Origin: Deltaproteobacteria bacterium
GTDB lineage: Bacteria > Bacillota > Clostridia > Acetivibrionales > UBA4821
Reading direction: 5' to 3'
Length of the DNA: 64,000 nt
Assembly: GCA_050258375.1 (NCBI GenBank)
Contig: JBLMYQ010000029.1
Coordinates: forward strand, 1,569-65,568
In this document: piece after piece, positions 62,778-64,000 of the stretch
How the letters are laid out: every line of letters starts with the position of its first letter
How positions within the stretch are numbered: the stretch's first letter is position 1
Translations under genes and position numbers: made by a program
The notes under the pieces: model-generated
What the model was told of the DNA's origin: nothing
What the model saw: only the letters and a program-made list of their open reading frames with translations
The model's database searches: none

Positions 62778-63793
62778 CATGCTGAATATTTTGAGATAAA
62801 GGTTTCTAATGCAATACGAGGGTCAACTCTTCCAGTTTTAGTCCGTCTATCTATTTCCAGGTATTCCCTAAAAGCATTTCTTAAAACCTCAGGCTTGTAT
62901 TTCGCTCCCTGCTTAATATATTTTGATACTATATATGGATTAAGATTCATTTCTTGTGCAATTTTGTCCTGTTTGTATCCTTTCATACTCATATGCTTTA
63001 CAAAAAACATTATTTTAAAATGCCTTGCTACAAGCACACTAACCTTTTGGATCGGCTCCTTCAAATACAGCATATCATTTAGGAGCTTGTATGCCTTTGA
63101 TGGATTTCCATTGGTAATAGCATCAATCATCTCAAAGACTTTACTTTGTACTGATTTTATACACAGTGAATCTATATGCTCCCTCAACACACTATTCTCT
63201 TCTCCAACTAAATCGACAAGCTTTTTAATCTCATTCATAATATCATTCATTCCCGGATCGCATATACTCACAAGATATTCAGCTTCTGCTTTCCCTATAT
63301 TAATTTTATATGAAGAAAATACCTTCTCAACCCACCTCATCAGCTCCGGCATTTTCTGATAATCAAATTCAATACACAGCCCATTCTTCTCAACTTCTTT
63401 AAATAAAATATTTTTCCTGTTAACCTGATTTTCTAAGAAAACCAAGCAAACTCCTTCCGGAATATTACTAATATAATCACACAGCAGCTTTATTTCATCA
63501 GAATTATCTTTCCCCTTTTTACTTGCTGAATCTGAAAATACTTCAGATTCTTTAACTATTACCATTTTATTTTCAGACATCATAGGTATCGTTTCACATG
63601 TGCTTATTATTTCCTTTATCGACTCCTTACCTTTAAGTACAACACAATTTAAGCTTTTGAATTCAGGCTTAACCACCCTTGCCTCTATTTCCCCCACGTA
63701 ATACTTTATAAGATAGTCCTCAGAACCCCAAAAAAGGTATACATTAGTCAGTATACCCTTTTTCAGATTGTCTTTTAATATTTCAATTGACAT
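62777..63793 (-). CDS. holA: DNA polymerase III delta subunit
   Basis: VYLFWGSEDYL, ETIPMMSE.KMVIVK, NEIKKL, KTGRVD..IALE. Confidence 0.93.
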   Translation of the reverse strand: MSIEILKDNLKKGILTNVYLFWGSEDYLIKYYVGEIEARVVKPEFKSLNCVVLKGKESIKEIISTCETIPMMSENKMVIVKESEVFSDSASKKGKDNSDEIKLLCDYISNIPEGVCLVFLENQVNRKNILFKEVEKNGLCIEFDYQKMPELMRWVEKVFSSYKINIGKAEAEYLVSICDPGMNDIMNEIKKLVDLVGEENSVLREHIDSLCIKSVQSKVFEMIDAITNGNPSKAYKLLNDMLYLKEPIQKVSVLVARHFKIMFFVKHMSMKGYKQDKIAQEMNLNPYIVSKYIKQGAKYKPEVLRNAFREYLEIDRRTKTGRVDPRIALETFISKYSA

Positions 63794-63840
63794 AGCTTTA
63801 CTCCTTCAATGCCCTTCTTGGCTTCTCTTATTAGCAACAG

Positions 63841-63999
63841 TTATCGCCCATTGATTATGCTTTCAAAATCAATATCCTCTGCAAGCTTACCGACCAATGC
63901 CAAACTTGCCTTTTTGTTTCTGAATACCATATCAATAGTCTCTTCAATCCCATTTAAATTTATATGGTCAATCTTCTTAAGAACCTCCTCAGGTGAGTA
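63841..63999 (-). CDS. C-terminal fragment of a probable M16 (pitrilysin-family) peptidase, truncated by the window edge
   Basis: Manual translation YSPEEVLKKIDHINLNGIEETIDMVFRNKKASLALVGK...*, resembling M16 C-termini. Confidence 0.5.
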   Translation of the reverse strand, partial: YSPEEVLKKIDHINLNGIEETIDMVFRNKKASLALVGKLAEDIDFESIINGR

Positions 64000-64000
64000 A

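Noticed and set aside
63809..64000. 63-aa plus-strand ORF at the window end
   Set aside because: The minus-strand frame gives a more plausible protein C-terminus, co-oriented with holA.

Overview
Low-GC, spore-forming, flagellated Clostridia chromosome segment. The long L17, the C-terminally extended L23 and the SLH/FN3 surface genes next to atp suggest an Acetivibrio/Ruminiclostridium-like lineage (inference). Most genes are on the minus strand. Core content: the S10-spc-alpha ribosomal superoperon (rpsJ to rplQ, then truA), an H+-type F1Fo atpIBEFHAGDC operon, murA, motAB, dodecin-spoVAC/D/E, a class A PBP, tsaD, lysS, greA, gpr and holA. Main things not explained by the gene list: (1) about 12 intergenic elements built from phased 7-nt repeats (RGY-N4, 4-5 units per arm, usually two inverted arms) filling stop-to-RBS gaps in the ribosomal, atp and surface-protein operons, one of them at the position where rpmD (L30) is missing; (2) two tandem c-di-GMP-I riboswitches, each with its own terminator, upstream of a secreted HExxH PPEP/anthrax-LF-like metallopeptidase whose 3'UTR carries an anti-Shine-Dalgarno motif, near two giant FN3/SLH proteins with P-P-V/I-P motifs and a SigD-like promoter; (3) a co-oriented DnaA-box cluster upstream of the PBP gene, away from dnaA; (4) several MITE/REP-like palindromes. 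No rRNA, tRNA, CRISPR array or transposase was seen. All family assignments are by eye from motifs, not database searches.
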